From: Escherichia coli
Lineage (GTDB): Bacteria; Pseudomonadota; Gammaproteobacteria; Enterobacterales; Enterobacteriaceae
Assembly (NCBI RefSeq): GCF_048403405.1
Contig: NZ_CP183129.1
Length of the DNA: 64,000 bases
Strand: one strand, 5' to 3'
The position numbers were made by a program, and so were the translations under genes. Shown piece by piece: positions 19,859 through 35,727 of the stretch (position 1 is the stretch's first letter; the number at the start of each line of letters is the position of its first letter). Under the pieces are notes generated by a model, which searched no databases, was not told where the DNA came from, and saw only the letters and a list, made by a program, of their open reading frames with translations.

Positions 19859-20658
19859 TCCCATTCAGGAGCCAGACCTTCCGGGCTAACCAGGCGGTCG
19901 TTGCAATCCAGTGCGGCGATCGCTTTTTTATCTTCGGCATCAAGCTGTAAATTTTGTGCCTTAAGATTACTCTCCAGGTTTTCACGTTTAGTAGAAGAAG
20001 GAATTACGGAGCAACCTTCCCCCATAGCCCACGCCAGAATCACTTGAGCCGGAGTCGCATTGTGTTTAGTTGCGATACGAGCAATAACCTCATCTTTCAG
20101 GGCCTTCCCATAAGCCAGCGTCATATAGGAAGTAATATGGATGCCGTGCTGTTTAGCCCAAGCGACCACTTTACGGTTTTGCAGATAAGGAGAGAGTTCA
20201 ATCTGGTTAGTAGCGATGTTTTCAGCGCCAACAGCAGCAATCGCTTTTTCCATCAATGGGATCGTGAAGTTGGAAATACCGATCTCACGCGTCAGCCCTT
20301 GTTTTTTCGCTTCCAGCAGCGCCTGCATAAACTCTTCAACAGAGACTTCATCGTTTGGTGACGGCCAGTGGATTAGCGTCAGATCTACATAATCGGTACG
20401 CAATTTTTGCAGGCTTTCTTTCAGGCTTGGGATCAATTTAGCTTTGTTGAGATTTTCAATCCAGATTTTAGTGGTGATGTAGAGTTCATGACGCGGCACG
20501 CCACTTTCTGCAATCGCCTGACCTACTGCGGCTTCGTTATCATAGATTTGTGCGGTATCAATTGCGCGATAACCAAGTTCTAGCGCCGTTTTCACAGATG
20601 AAATAACAACGTCGTCTTTCAGACGGAAAGTACCTAAACCAAATGCAGGGATAGCCAT
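19855..20658 (-). CDS. dkgB: 2,5-diketo-D-gluconate reductase B (aldo-keto reductase)
   Basis: 267 aa aldo-keto reductase fold; stop codon overlaps the yafC stop. Confidence 0.9.
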   Translation of the reverse strand: MAIPAFGLGTFRLKDDVVISSVKTALELGYRAIDTAQIYDNEAAVGQAIAESGVPRHELYITTKIWIENLNKAKLIPSLKESLQKLRTDYVDLTLIHWPSPNDEVSVEEFMQALLEAKKQGLTREIGISNFTIPLMEKAIAAVGAENIATNQIELSPYLQNRKVVAWAKQHGIHITSYMTLAYGKALKDEVIARIATKHNATPAQVILAWAMGEGCSVIPSSTKRENLESNLKAQNLQLDAEDKKAIAALDCNDRLVSPEGLAPEWD

Positions 20659-20780
20659 AATATGCCTCTTTTAATGCTATTTTCGTTAACTGAGGTGATT
20701 ATGGGCTTTAGAATGTTGCGGAAAAAGGGCGTAAAACGCAGAGGATTTTTGCGATTTAAGCAATAATAGAAATATAGACG

Positions 20781-20808
20781 AAAAAAAACCTCGAGCGTTA
20801 ACTCGAGG
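20781..20808 (-). terminator. Rho-independent terminator at the end of the rrnH operon
   Basis: Hairpin CCTCGAGCGTTAACTCGAGG followed on the minus strand by T8. Confidence 0.7.
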
Positions 20809-20820
20809 CTTCTTAATAAG

Positions 20821-20897
20821 TGGCGGAACGGACGGGACTCGAACCCGCGACCCCCTGCGTGACAGGCAGGTATTCTAACCGACTGAACTACCGCTCC
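20821..20897 (-). tRNA. aspU: tRNA-Asp (GTC), distal tRNA of rrnH
   Basis: Same sequence as aspV, located just downstream of the 5S gene. Confidence 0.97.
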
Positions 20898-20949
20898 ACC
20901 GAATTCTTTTACAACCACCGGTTTTATGACCGGCTTACTGCTTAATTTG

Positions 20950-21069
20950 ATGCCTGGCAGTTCCCTACTCTCGCATGGGGAGACCCCACACTACCATCGG
21001 CGCTACGGCGTTTCACTTCTGAGTTCGGCATGGGGTCAGGTGGGACCACCGCGCTAAGGCCGCCAGGCA
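20950..21069 (-). rRNA. rrfH: 5S ribosomal RNA
   Basis: Reverse complement matches E. coli 5S rRNA (TGCCTGGCGGCC...GGGAACTGCCAGGCAT). Confidence 0.95.
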
Positions 21070-21163
21070 AATTCTGTTTTATTAACCCGCTTACCGCCGG
21101 TTAATTTAATCTGTATCAGGCTGAAAATCTTTCTCTCATCCGCCAAAACATCTTCGGCGTTGT

Positions 21164-24065
<2,902 letters not shown>

Positions 24066-24248
24066 TCACAACCCGAAGATGTTTCTTTCGATTCATCATC
24101 GTGTTGCGAAAATTTGAGAGACTCACGAACAACTTTCGTTGTTCAGTGTTTCAATTTTCAGCTTGATCCAGATTTTTAAAGAGCAAAACTTCGCAGTGAA
24201 CCTTTGCAGGTACACTCTGAAGTATTTTTTATTTAATCACTACAGAGA

Positions 24249-24324
24249 TGGTGGAGCTATGCGGGATCGAACCGCAGACCTCCTGCGTGCAAAGCAGGCG
24301 CTCTCCCAGCTGAGCTATAGCCCC
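24249..24324 (-). tRNA. alaV: tRNA-Ala (TGC), spacer tRNA
   Basis: Reverse complement reads GGGGCTATAGCTCAGCTGGGAGAGCGCCTGCTTTGCACGCAGGAGGTCTGCGGTTCGATCCCGCATAGCTCCACCA. Confidence 0.97.
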
Positions 24325-24366
24325 ATAACATGTAGTTAAAACCTCTTCAAATTTGCGGTGCAAATT

Positions 24367-24443
<77 letters not shown>

Positions 24444-24511
24444 GTAGAGGTTTTACTGCTCATTTTCATCAGACAATCTGTGTGAGCACTGCAAAGCACA
24501 GTTCTTTAAGG

Positions 24512-26053
<1,542 letters not shown>

Positions 26054-26229
26054 AAAAGTTTGATGCTCAAAGAATTAAACTTCGTAATGAATTACGTGTT
26101 CACTCTTGAGACTTGGTATTCATTTTTCGTCTTGCGACGTTAAGAATCCGTATCTTCGAGTGCCCACACAGATTGTCTGATAAATTGTTAAAGAGCAGTT
26201 GCGACGCGGCTTTCAGCTCACTGTCGCGA

Positions 26230-26266
26230 GGTGGCGTATATTACGCTTTCCTCTTTCAGAGTCAAC
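26230..26266 (-). promoter_or_regulatory. rrnH P2 promoter (TTGACT, 16-nt spacer, TAATAT)
   Basis: On the minus strand, -35 at 26260-26265 and -10 at 26238-26243. Confidence 0.7.
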
Positions 26267-26339
26267 CCTGAATTTCAGGATTTTTCTCTTCAACCGAACC
26301 AGCTGTTTGTGTGAAGTGATTCACATCCGCCGTGTCGAT

Positions 26340-26376
26340 GGAGGCGCATTATAGGGAGTCGGCTCAGGAAGACAAG
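26340..26376 (-). promoter_or_regulatory. rrnH P1 promoter (TTGTCT, 16-nt spacer, TATAAT) with AT-rich upstream region
   Basis: Minus strand reads CTTGTCTTCCTGAGCCGACTCCCTATAATGCGCCTCC; AT-rich sequence at 26377-26418 fits an UP element. Confidence 0.7.
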
Positions 26377-26418
26377 CGGAAAAATGCATTTTTATTTCAA
26401 CCGCTCATCTTTTAATCA

Positions 26419-26991
26419 TTACGCCGGTTTTTGCTGCTTTTTTATCGCTTGCGGCAGGTCTGCCAGGCTATTTAACACCCAATCCGCCGCGTTTTCAGCT
26501 TCAGGCGTAACAGGTTTACCCGTACGCACCAGCACTTTTGTTCCCACGTTCGCCGCAGCCGCTGCCTGCATATCTTCTAATTTATCGCCCACCATATAAG
26601 AAGCGGCCATATCAATATGCAAATAATCGCGTGCCGATAAAAGCATCCCCGGATGTGGTTTGCGGCAGTCGCAGACCTGGCGAAACTCTTCAACACTACC
26701 CTGCGGATGATGCGGGCAATAATAGATACCATCCAGATCGACATCGCGGTCCGCCAGCGACCAGTCCATCCACTCGGTCAGCGTTTCAAACTGTGCTTCA
26801 GTAAATTTACCGCGAGCAATGCCAGACTGGTTGGTTACTACCACCAGCGCAAAGCCCATTTTTTTTAGCTCGCGCATGGCGTCAATAACACCGTCGATAA
26901 ATTCAAAGTTGTCGATCTCATGGACATAGCCGTGATCGACATTAATGGTGCCATCACGGTCAAGAAAAATTGCGGGTACGCTCTTCGCCAC
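26419..26991 (-). CDS. gmhB: D-glycero-beta-D-manno-heptose-1,7-bisphosphate 7-phosphatase
   Basis: 190 aa HAD-family phosphatase with DxDGT-type motif (FLDRDGTIN). Confidence 0.92.
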   Translation of the reverse strand: MAKSVPAIFLDRDGTINVDHGYVHEIDNFEFIDGVIDAMRELKKMGFALVVVTNQSGIARGKFTEAQFETLTEWMDWSLADRDVDLDGIYYCPHHPQGSVEEFRQVCDCRKPHPGMLLSARDYLHIDMAASYMVGDKLEDMQAAAAANVGTKVLVRTGKPVTPEAENAADWVLNSLADLPQAIKKQQKPA

Positions 26992-27080
26992 CTTTTATAG
27001 CTCCTTAATAAGGCATGTGACGCTAGTATCGCATGTTTCGACCAGCAAGAAAGTGCTCTTCGCATAAACCTGATTGATTT

Positions 27081-27104
27081 AGACGTCTGGATGCCTTAAC
27101 ATCC
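27081..27104 (+). promoter_or_regulatory. Tandem MetJ boxes upstream of metN
   Basis: AGACGTCT followed by GGATGCCT and TAACATCC, about 75 bp upstream of the metN ATG. Confidence 0.5.
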
Positions 27105-27178
27105 ATTTCATTGACGGCGTTGCCCGTTCCAGGCATTCGAAATGCCACGACTAACTTAATGACGATAATAAATAATCA

Positions 27179-28210
27179 ATGATAAAACTTTCGAATATCA
27201 CCAAAGTGTTCCACCAGGGCACCCGCACCATCCAGGCGTTGAACAACGTCAGCCTGCATGTGCCAGCTGGACAAATTTATGGCGTTATCGGTGCCTCAGG
27301 CGCGGGTAAGAGTACGCTTATACGTTGTGTAAACCTGCTGGAGCGCCCAACCGAGGGTAGCGTGCTGGTCGATGGCCAAGAACTGACCACGCTGTCAGAA
27401 TCCGAGTTGACCAAAGCTCGCCGCCAGATTGGTATGATTTTCCAGCATTTTAACCTGCTCTCTTCGCGTACTGTTTTTGGCAACGTGGCTCTGCCGCTGG
27501 AGCTGGACAACACACCGAAAGATGAGATCAAACGTCGCGTGACGGAATTGCTGTCATTGGTTGGTCTTGGCGATAAACATGATAGCTACCCGTCGAATCT
27601 TTCCGGTGGGCAGAAACAGCGTGTGGCGATTGCCCGTGCGTTAGCCAGCAATCCCAAAGTATTGCTGTGTGATGAGGCCACCAGCGCGCTGGATCCGGCA
27701 ACGACACGTTCTATTCTCGAACTGCTGAAAGACATCAACCGCCGTCTGGGTTTGACGATTCTGTTGATCACCCACGAAATGGACGTTGTGAAGCGTATTT
27801 GTGATTGCGTGGCGGTCATCAGCAATGGCGAACTGATCGAGCAGGACACGGTAAGTGAAGTGTTCTCGCATCCGAAAACGCCGCTGGCGCAGAAGTTTAT
27901 TCAGTCGACCTTGCATCTGGATATCCCGGAAGATTACCAGGAACGTCTGCAAGCGGAGCCATTCACTGACTGCGTGCCGATGTTACGTCTGGAGTTTACC
28001 GGTCAATCGGTCGATGCCCCACTGCTTTCTGAAACCGCACGTCGTTTCAACGTCAACAACAACATTATTAGCGCGCAGATGGATTACGCCGGTGGCGTTA
28101 AGTTCGGCATCATGCTGACTGAAATGCACGGCACACAACAAGATACGCAAGCCGCCATTGCCTGGCTGCAGGAACACCATGTAAAAGTAGAGGTACTGGG
28201 TTATGTCTGA
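27179..28210 (+). CDS. metN: Methionine ABC transporter ATP-binding protein
   Basis: 343 aa with Walker [10 protein letters not shown] and ABC signature LSGGQKQR. Confidence 0.95.
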
Positions 28211-28856
28211 GCCGATGATGTGGCTGCTGGTTCGTGGCGTATGGGAAACGCTGGCAATGACCTTCGTATCCGGTTTTTTTGGATTTGTGATTGGTCTGCC
28301 GGTTGGCGTCCTGCTTTATGTCACGCGTCCGGGGCAAATTATTGCTAACGCGAAGCTGTATCGTACCGTTTCTGCGATTGTGAACATTTTCCGTTCCATC
28401 CCGTTCATTATCTTGCTGGTATGGATGATTCCGTTTACCCGCGTTATTGTTGGTACATCGATTGGTTTGCAGGCAGCGATTGTTCCGTTAACCGTTGGTG
28501 CAGCACCGTTTATTGCCCGTATGGTCGAGAACGCTCTGCTGGAGATCCCAACCGGGCTAATTGAAGCTTCCCGCGCAATGGGTGCCACACCGATGCAGAT
28601 CGTCCGTAAAGTGCTGTTGCCAGAAGCACTGCCGGGTCTGGTGAATGCTGCGACTATCACCCTGATTACCCTGGTCGGTTATTCCGCGATGGGTGGTGCA
28701 GTCGGTGCCGGTGGTTTAGGTCAGATTGGCTATCAGTATGGCTACATCGGCTACAACGCGACGGTGATGAATACGGTACTGGTATTGCTGGTCATTCTGG
28801 TTTATTTAATTCAGTTCGCAGGCGACCGCATCGTCCGGGCTGTCACTCGCAAGTAA
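28203..28856 (+). CDS. metI: Methionine ABC transporter permease
   Basis: 217-aa polytopic membrane protein overlapping the metN stop. Confidence 0.95.
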
Positions 28857-28895
28857 CGTTCAACACAACATAAATAATTGAAGAAGGAATAAGGT

Positions 28896-29711
28896 ATGGC
28901 GTTCAAATTCAAAACCTTTGCGGCAGTGGGAGCCCTGATTGGATCACTGGCACTGGTAGGCTGCGGTCAGGATGAAAAAGATCCAAACCACATTAAAGTC
29001 GGCGTGATTGTTGGTGCCGAACAGCAGGTTGCAGAAGTCGCGCAGAAAGTTGCGAAAGACAAATATGGCCTGGACGTTGAGCTGGTAACCTTCAACGACT
29101 ATGTTCTGCCAAACGAAGCATTGAGCAAAGGCGATATCGACGCCAACGCCTTCCAGCATAAACCGTACCTTGATCAGCAACTGAAAGATCGTGGCTACAA
29201 ACTGGTCGCAGTAGGCAACACTTTTGTTTATCCGATTGCAGGTTACTCCAAGAAAATCAAATCACTGGATGAACTGCAGGATGGTTCGCAGGTTGCCGTG
29301 CCAAACGACCCAACTAACCTTGGTCGTTCACTGCTGCTGCTGCAAAAAGTGGGCTTGATCAAACTGAAAGATGGCGTTGGCCTGCTGCCGACCGTTCTTG
29401 ATGTTGTTGAGAACCCCAAAAATCTGAAAATTGTTGAGCTGGAAGCACCGCAGCTGCCGCGTTCTCTGGACGACGCGCAAATCGCTCTGGCAGTTATCAA
29501 TACCACCTATGCCAGCCAGATTGGCCTGACTCCGGCGAAAGACGGTATCTTTGTCGAAGATAAAGAGTCCCCGTACGTAAACCTGATCGTAACGCGTGAA
29601 GATAACAAAGACGCCGAGAACGTGAAGAAATTCGTCCAGGCTTATCAGTCTGACGAAGTTTACGAAGCAGCAAACAAAGTGTTTAACGGCGGCGCTGTTA
29701 AAGGCTGGTAA
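28896..29711 (+). CDS. metQ: Methionine ABC transporter substrate-binding lipoprotein
   Basis: 271 aa with lipobox LVGC; third gene of the operon. Confidence 0.95.
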   Translation: MAFKFKTFAAVGALIGSLALVGCGQDEKDPNHIKVGVIVGAEQQVAEVAQKVAKDKYGLDVELVTFNDYVLPNEALSKGDIDANAFQHKPYLDQQLKDRGYKLVAVGNTFVYPIAGYSKKIKSLDELQDGSQVAVPNDPTNLGRSLLLLQKVGLIKLKDGVGLLPTVLDVVENPKNLKIVELEAPQLPRSLDDAQIALAVINTTYASQIGLTPAKDGIFVEDKESPYVNLIVTREDNKDAENVKKFVQAYQSDEVYEAANKVFNGGAVKGW

Positions 29712-29748
29712 TTTTTAGGCTGTTTCCACAATTTGTAATATCATTCAG

Positions 29749-29775
29749 GACGGGCGCTTGCCCGTCTTGTCATTT
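29749..29775 (+). terminator. Rho-independent terminator after metQ
   Basis: Hairpin GACGGGCGCTTGCCCGTC followed by TTGTCATTT. Confidence 0.65.
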
Positions 29776-29828
29776 CTACAAGCTCCTGATTCAATATTGA
29801 CGTTTTGATCATACATTGAGGAAATACT

Positions 29829-30233
29829 ATGCGTGCTTTACCGATCTGTTTAGTAGCACTCATGCTAAGCGGCTGTTCCATGTTAAGCAGATCCCCTGTC
29901 GAACCCGTTCAAAGCACTGCACCCCAGCCGAAAGCGGAGCCTGCAAAACCGAAAGCGCCGCGCGCCACGCCGGTCCGAATTTATACCAATGCAGAAGAAT
30001 TAGTCGGCAAACCGTTCCGCGATCTCGGTGAAGTCAGTGGCGACTCTTGCCAGGCCTCTAATCAGGACTCTCCGCCGAGCATTCCAACCGCGCGTAAGCG
30101 GATGCAAATCAACGCCTCGAAAATGAAAGCCAATGCGGTATTACTGCATAGCTGCGAAGTCACCAGCGGTACGCCAGGCTGCTATCGTCAGGCTGTATGT
30201 ATCGGTTCTGCGCTTAACATTACGGCGAAATGA
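29829..30233 (+). CDS. rcsF: Outer-membrane lipoprotein RcsF (Rcs phosphorelay sensor)
   Basis: 134 aa with lipobox LSGC and conserved C-terminal cysteines. Confidence 0.92.
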   Translation: MRALPICLVALMLSGCSMLSRSPVEPVQSTAPQPKAEPAKPKAPRATPVRIYTNAEELVGKPFRDLGEVSGDSCQASNQDSPPSIPTARKRMQINASKMKANAVLLHSCEVTSGTPGCYRQAVCIGSALNITAK

Positions 30234-30937
30234 GCAGTTTCCAGTTCGAGCAAATAGGCGTTATTCGCTCGCCCTATAAAGAAAAATTCGCCGTTCCGCG
30301 CCAGCCAGGTCTGGTAAAAAGCGCCAACGGCGAACTGCATCTCATTGCTCCCTACAACCAGGCCGACGCCGTTCGCGGCCTGGAAGCGTTCAGCCATTTA
30401 TGGATCCTTTTCGTCTTTCATCAAACGATGGAAGGCGGCTGGCGTCCGACTGTGCGTCCACCGCGCCTCGGCGGTAATACCAGAATGGGTGTTTTCGCTA
30501 CGCGCTCCACTTTCCGCCCTAACCCGATTGGTATGTCGCTGGTAGAGCTGAAAGAGGTTGTTTGCCATAAAGACAGCGTGATTCTGAAGCTCGGCAGTCT
30601 GGATCTGGTAGATGGGACGCCGGTGGTGGATATCAAACCGTATCTCCCCTTTGCCGAATCGCTTCCCGATGCCAGTGCCAGCTATGCGCAAAGTGCGCCA
30701 GCTGCAGAGATGGCGGTGAGTTTTACCGCAGAGGTCGAAAAGCAGCTTTTGACGCTGGAGAAGCGTTATCCGCAGTTAACGCTGTTTATCCGCGAAGTAC
30801 TGGCGCAGGACCCGCGCCCGGCCTATCGTAAAGGTGAGGAAACGGGCAAAACCTATGCCGTCTGGCTGCATGATTTTAACGTTCGCTGGCGCGTCACCGA
30901 CGCAGGTTTTGAAGTCTTTGCGCTGGAACCGCGTTAA
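30230..30937 (+). CDS. tsaA: tRNA (adenine37-N6)-methyltransferase TsaA (YaeB)
   Basis: 235 aa, overlaps the rcsF stop by 4 bp. Confidence 0.9.
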   Translation: MSSFQFEQIGVIRSPYKEKFAVPRQPGLVKSANGELHLIAPYNQADAVRGLEAFSHLWILFVFHQTMEGGWRPTVRPPRLGGNTRMGVFATRSTFRPNPIGMSLVELKEVVCHKDSVILKLGSLDLVDGTPVVDIKPYLPFAESLPDASASYAQSAPAAEMAVSFTAEVEKQLLTLEKRYPQLTLFIREVLAQDPRPAYRKGEETGKTYAVWLHDFNVRWRVTDAGFEVFALEPR

Positions 30938-31047
30938 ATTCACGCCCTTCTCTTTTGACATTTCTTTTGCACTGGTAAACTAAATCACTTTTTTTGTCCC
31001 AGGCTCACCTTGAGCCTGTTCTACCTTCCAACTGGAACCGTAACAAC

Positions 31048-32766
31048 ATGCGTACTAGCCAATACCTGCTCTCCACTCTCAAGGAGACACCTGCCGACGC
31101 CGAGGTGATCAGCCATCAGCTGATGCTGCGCGCCGGGATGATCCGCAAGCTGGCCTCCGGGTTATATACCTGGCTGCCGACCGGCGTGCGCGTTCTGAAA
31201 AAAGTCGAAAACATCGTGCGTGAAGAGATGAACAACGCCGGTGCGATCGAGGTGTCGATGCCGGTGGTTCAGCCAGCCGATTTGTGGCAAGAGAGTGGTC
31301 GTTGGGAACAGTACGGTCCGGAACTGCTGCGTTTTGTTGACCGTGGCGAGCGTCCGTTCGTACTCGGCCCAACTCATGAAGAAGTTATTACAGACCTGAT
31401 TCGTAACGAGCTGAGCTCTTACAAACAGCTGCCGCTGAACTTCTATCAGATCCAGACCAAGTTCCGCGACGAAGTGCGTCCGCGTTTCGGCGTCATGCGT
31501 TCCCGCGAATTCCTGATGAAAGATGCTTACTCTTTCCATACTTCTCAGGAATCCCTGCAGGAAACCTACGATGCAATGTATGCGGCCTACAGCAAAATCT
31601 TCAGCCGCATGGGGCTGGATTTCCGCGCCGTACAGGCCGACACCGGTTCTATCGGCGGTAGCGCCTCTCACGAATTCCAGGTGCTGGCGCAGAGCGGTGA
31701 AGACGATGTGGTCTTCTCCGACACCTCTGACTATGCAGCGAACATTGAGCTGGCAGAAGCTATCGCGCCGAAAGAACCGCGCGCTGCTGCTACCCAGGAA
31801 ATGACGCTGGTTGATACGCCGAACGCGAAGACCATCGCGGAACTGGTTGAACAGTTCAATCTGCCGATTGAGAAAACGGTTAAGACTCTGCTGGTTAAAG
31901 CGGTTGAAGGCAGTAGCTTCCCGCTGGTTGCGCTGCTGGTGCGCGGTGACCACGAGCTGAACGAAGTTAAAGCAGAAAAACTGCCGCAGGTTGCAAGCCC
32001 GCTGACTTTCGCGACCGAAGAAGAAATTCGTGCCGTGGTTAAAGCCGGTCCGGGTTCACTGGGTCCGGTAAACATGCCGATTCCGGTGGTGATTGACCGT
32101 ACCGTTGCAGCGATGAGTGATTTCGCTGCTGGTGCTAACATCGATGGTAAACACTACTTCGGTATCAACTGGGATCGCGATGTCGCTACCCCGGAAATTG
32201 CTGATATCCGTAACGTGGTGGCGGGCGATCCAAGCCCGGATGGCCAGGGTACACTGCTGATCAAACGTGGTATCGAAGTTGGTCACATCTTCCAGCTGGG
32301 TACCAAGTACTCCGAAGCACTGAAAGCCTCCGTACAGGGTGAAGATGGCCGTAATCAAATCCTGACGATGGGTTGCTACGGTATCGGAGTAACGCGTGTA
32401 GTAGCTGCGGCGATTGAGCAGAACTACGACGAACGCGGCATCGTATGGCCTGACGCTATCGCGCCGTTCCAGGTGGCGATTCTGCCGATGAACATGCACA
32501 AATCCTTCCGCGTACAGGAGCTTGCTGAGAAACTGTACAGCGAACTGCGCGCGCAGGGTATCGAAGTGCTGCTGGATGACCGCAAAGAGCGTCCGGGCGT
32601 GATGTTTGCTGATATGGAACTGATCGGTATTCCGCACACTATTGTGCTGGGCGACCGTAACCTCGACAACGACGATATCGAATATAAATATCGTCGTAAC
32701 GGCGAGAAACAGTTAATTAAGACTGGTGACATCGTCGATTATCTGGTGAAACAGATTAAAGGCTGA
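31048..32766 (+). CDS. proS: Prolyl-tRNA synthetase
   Basis: 572 aa from [20 protein letters not shown] (the tracked ORF extends 18 codons further upstream). Confidence 0.96.
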   Translation: MRTSQYLLSTLKETPADAEVISHQLMLRAGMIRKLASGLYTWLPTGVRVLKKVENIVREEMNNAGAIEVSMPVVQPADLWQESGRWEQYGPELLRFVDRGERPFVLGPTHEEVITDLIRNELSSYKQLPLNFYQIQTKFRDEVRPRFGVMRSREFLMKDAYSFHTSQESLQETYDAMYAAYSKIFSRMGLDFRAVQADTGSIGGSASHEFQVLAQSGEDDVVFSDTSDYAANIELAEAIAPKEPRAAATQEMTLVDTPNAKTIAELVEQFNLPIEKTVKTLLVKAVEGSSFPLVALLVRGDHELNEVKAEKLPQVASPLTFATEEEIRAVVKAGPGSLGPVNMPIPVVIDRTVAAMSDFAAGANIDGKHYFGINWDRDVATPEIADIRNVVAGDPSPDGQGTLLIKRGIEVGHIFQLGTKYSEALKASVQGEDGRNQILTMGCYGIGVTRVVAAAIEQNYDERGIVWPDAIAPFQVAILPMNMHKSFRVQELAEKLYSELRAQGIEVLLDDRKERPGVMFADMELIGIPHTIVLGDRNLDNDDIEYKYRRNGEKQLIKTGDIVDYLVKQIKG

Positions 32767-32775
32767 TGCCAGAAA

Positions 32776-32802
32776 GGGTCCTGAATTTCAGGGCCCTTTT
32801 TT
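32776..32802 (+). terminator. Rho-independent terminator after proS
   Basis: Hairpin GGGTCCTGAATTTCAGGGCCC followed by TTTTTT. Confidence 0.75.
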
Positions 32803-32818
32803 ACATGGATTGTATAAA

Positions 32819-33643
32819 ATGGATAAACCAAAGGCGCATTGCTGCCTGCTTCTCCCCTGCTTTCTTTTCCTTTCGGCCTGTACCGTAGATATCAGCCAGC
32901 CAGACTCATCAGCCACAGCGGTAGATGCCGGGGCGAAAACATGGGCAGTCCAATTCCAGCATCAAAGCTCTTTCACCGAACAATCAATAAAAGAAATAAC
33001 GGAACCTGATCTCAAACCCGGCGATTTGCTGTTCTCCTCAAGCCTTGGGGTAACCTCATTTGGAATCCGCGTCTTCAGCACTTCCTCTGTGAGTCACGTT
33101 GCAATCTATCTGGGTGAAAATAACGTTGCAGAAGCGACAGGCGCTGGCGTCCAGATTGTTTCCCTCAAAAAAGCGATGAAGCATAGCGATAAGCTTTTCG
33201 TCTTACGAGTCCCGGATCTTACCCCGCAACAAGCCACAGAAATCACCGCGTTCGCCAACAAAATTAAAGATAGCGGTTATAACTATCGCGGCATTGTCGA
33301 ATTTATTCCCTTTATGGTGACTCGCCAGATGTGCTCACTGAATCCGTTCTCCGAGGATTTTCGTCAACAGTGCGTCAGCGGCCTGGCGAAAGCGCAGTTA
33401 AGCAGTGTGGGCGAAGGAGACAAAAAGTCGTGGTTTTGTTCGGAGTTTGTCACTGATGCATTTGCCAAAGCCGGGCATCCGCTTACCCTGGCGCAGTCGG
33501 GCTGGATTAGTCCTGCCGACCTGATGCATATGCGTACTGGTGATGTCTCTGCGTTTAAGCCAGAAACGCAGTTACAGTATGTTGGGCACCTGAAGCCAGG
33601 GATTTATATCAAGGCGGGTCGCTTTGTTGGGCTGACTCAGTGA
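32819..33643 (+). CDS. yaeF: NlpC/P60-family lipoprotein YaeF
   Basis: ~274 aa with signal peptide and lipobox (LSAC). Confidence 0.85.
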   Translation: MDKPKAHCCLLLPCFLFLSACTVDISQPDSSATAVDAGAKTWAVQFQHQSSFTEQSIKEITEPDLKPGDLLFSSSLGVTSFGIRVFSTSSVSHVAIYLGENNVAEATGAGVQIVSLKKAMKHSDKLFVLRVPDLTPQQATEITAFANKIKDSGYNYRGIVEFIPFMVTRQMCSLNPFSEDFRQQCVSGLAKAQLSSVGEGDKKSWFCSEFVTDAFAKAGHPLTLAQSGWISPADLMHMRTGDVSAFKPETQLQYVGHLKPGIYIKAGRFVGLTQ

Positions 33644-33645
33644 TG

Positions 33646-33669
33646 AAAGCCGGAGAATGCTCCGGCTTT
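33646..33669. terminator. Bidirectional hairpin terminator between convergent yaeF and nlpE
   Basis: Perfect palindrome AAAGCCGGAG-AATG-CTCCGGCTTT. Confidence 0.7.
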
Positions 33670-33672
33670 CAA

Positions 33673-34383
33673 TTACTGCCCCAAACTACTGCAATCCTGG
33701 TTTGGGTAAAATTTCCCTGCCGTATCGGGTGCTAATACTTTGGTTGGCGCACCGGTATCCGGATTAGCCTCAAGCGTAAAGTGACCTTCTACTGACAGTA
33801 ACATCGGTTTTTCACTATGACCGCGCGCAGTCAGGTAGCCACGCTCCAGCTCTGCGTTATTCGCTACCATGAAACGTTTTCCGGTCGCGCAATCAGTGAA
33901 GGTCGCCGCATCAGCCATATAAAAATACATGCCCCGCAGGGTCATCGGCGTCATGGGTAAACTGGATTGCGCCGGTTCCAGCGTATAGTTGAACTGCGAT
34001 TCAATCGGATTACCTTCACGATCGAGCATCTCCAGCGCATCTCCTTTCGCCCGATAATATGACTTTTCACCTTTGCTGTCGGTTAATACCAGCTTGTCAG
34101 CGGTTCGCGCCCATGTACCGTAGGAAGCGAAAGAGGAAGGCTCTTCACGCGCACCAAGATAGCGCTCATTCATCACCCAGGTTCCGTCTTTTTCGAGGAA
34201 CAGAGAGGTTTCGATCCCTTCGCAATCAGCACACGGCAGCACGCCGCGCCAACTTTGCGGCATCGGTTTCAGTTCGGCAGCCTGCGCCGGAGAAAGCGTG
34301 TCGACTTCGGCCCGATTATTACATCCCATCAGAGTAAAGAGGCTGATTACAGCCATCGCTGTCACTATCGCTTTTTTCACCAT
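33673..34383 (-). CDS. nlpE: Envelope stress sensor lipoprotein NlpE (CutF)
   Basis: 236 aa with lipobox LMGC and CxxC motif. Confidence 0.92.
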   Translation of the reverse strand: MVKKAIVTAMAVISLFTLMGCNNRAEVDTLSPAQAAELKPMPQSWRGVLPCADCEGIETSLFLEKDGTWVMNERYLGAREEPSSFASYGTWARTADKLVLTDSKGEKSYYRAKGDALEMLDREGNPIESQFNYTLEPAQSSLPMTPMTLRGMYFYMADAATFTDCATGKRFMVANNAELERGYLTARGHSEKPMLLSVEGHFTLEANPDTGAPTKVLAPDTAGKFYPNQDCSSLGQ

Positions 34384-34396
34384 CCATTCCTTCTTT

Positions 34397-34819
34397 TTAT
34401 TCCCGACCGCTGCGCACTTTGCCGCGCATCGCCTTCACGCTTGATTTTTGTGCTTTCGATGCCAGCCTGCGCTCTTTTGATGCGCGGGTGGGCCGCGTGG
34501 GTCGTCGGGCTTTTTGTTCTGTTGTTAAATCTTTAATCACTGCCACCAGCCGGGCCAGCGCCGCTTCGCGGTTGAGCTCCTGATTGCGGTATTCCTGTGC
34601 CTTAATGACAATCACGCCATCACTGCTGATCAAATGATGGCTGGCGGCGAGCAGACGCTCTTTGTAATACTCTGGCAGGCTGGACGCCCGAATGTCAAAA
34701 CGCAGATGAATAGCCGTTGAGGTCTTATTAACATGCTGCCCGCCCGCGCCCTGCGCACGAATGGCGGTGATCTCAAGCTCACCATCGGGGATAGCAACAT
34801 GTCGGGAAATCACAATCAT
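34397..34819 (-). CDS. arfB: Peptidyl-tRNA hydrolase ArfB (YaeJ), ribosome rescue factor
   Basis: 140 aa with GGQ motif ([10 protein letters not shown]) and basic C-terminal tail. Confidence 0.93.
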   Translation of the reverse strand: MIVISRHVAIPDGELEITAIRAQGAGGQHVNKTSTAIHLRFDIRASSLPEYYKERLLAASHHLISSDGVIVIKAQEYRNQELNREAALARLVAVIKDLTTEQKARRPTRPTRASKERRLASKAQKSSVKAMRGKVRSGRE

Positions 34820-35361
34820 GAAGGTTGTTGCCAGACGGTTAAGTTCACTTCCAGATTATTCTTATCATCCGATAACCAGATCACGCCATCCTGAATCGTT
34901 GCCTGCAGCGTCATGGTACGATCGGCAAAGGCGCTCACTTTCGCCAGCTGCTCGTCGTCCAGATACCAGACGGAAAGATTGGCAAACTGCGCACATTTGC
35001 TCTGATTTTGCTGCCACCAGATTTGCGCCGCCCGACTATTATAGGTAAACAGCGCCACTTCTGCGGCCTGGGTGCAGGCTTTCTTAATTCGTCGCTCATC
35101 CGGCAGCCCCAGCTCAATCCACAAATCAATGCCCAAATGATCGTTACGCCGCCACGCTTCCGGCTCATCATCGGCACACAAACCACGGGTAAATTGCAGA
35201 CGTTCATCAGCATATTTCAGCCACGCCAGCAGGCGCAGCATCATACGCTCCTGGGTTTCTGAAGGATGGCGCGCCAGCGTCAGAGAGGCATCGAGAAACT
35301 GGTTGCGGTCGAGATCGGCCACATTAACCGTCGCTTTATAAATTGTCGCTTTAAGCGCCAT
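34816..35361 (-). CDS. yaeQ: YaeQ family protein
   Basis: 181-aa ORF at the position of yaeQ. Confidence 0.85.
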   Translation of the reverse strand: MALKATIYKATVNVADLDRNQFLDASLTLARHPSETQERMMLRLLAWLKYADERLQFTRGLCADDEPEAWRRNDHLGIDLWIELGLPDERRIKKACTQAAEVALFTYNSRAAQIWWQQNQSKCAQFANLSVWYLDDEQLAKVSAFADRTMTLQATIQDGVIWLSDDKNNLEVNLTVWQQPS

Positions 35362-35526
35362 AAGAAAACTCCTTTCGAATCAGGAGGCCATTGTAACGGA
35401 ATACGTGCAGTTGCGGCGCTGATATTGCAGAAATGAGTGTGGTATAGTCACCTTGCGAAACAGAGTTTATCTTCGTAGGCTTAGACTTGCATCCACGGTT
35501 AAGTCAGAGTGCTGACAGGAGGGCAT

Positions 35527-35727
35527 GTGGAAAAATATTGTGAGTTAATACGCAAGCGGTACGCGGAAATCGCCAGCGGAGACTTAGGATACGTTCCGGA
35601 CGCGCTGGGCTGCGTTTTGAAAGTGCTGAATGAAATGGCTGCCGACGACGCCCTTTCTGAGGCTGTCAGGGAAAAAGCAGCATACGCTGCGGCAAACTTA
35701 CTGGTGAGCGATTATGTCAATGAATGA
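35527..35727 (+). CDS. yaeP: YaeP (UPF0253) small protein
   Basis: 66 aa from a GTG start ([19 protein letters not shown]...); the tracked ORF begins 6 codons earlier at 35509. Confidence 0.7.
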
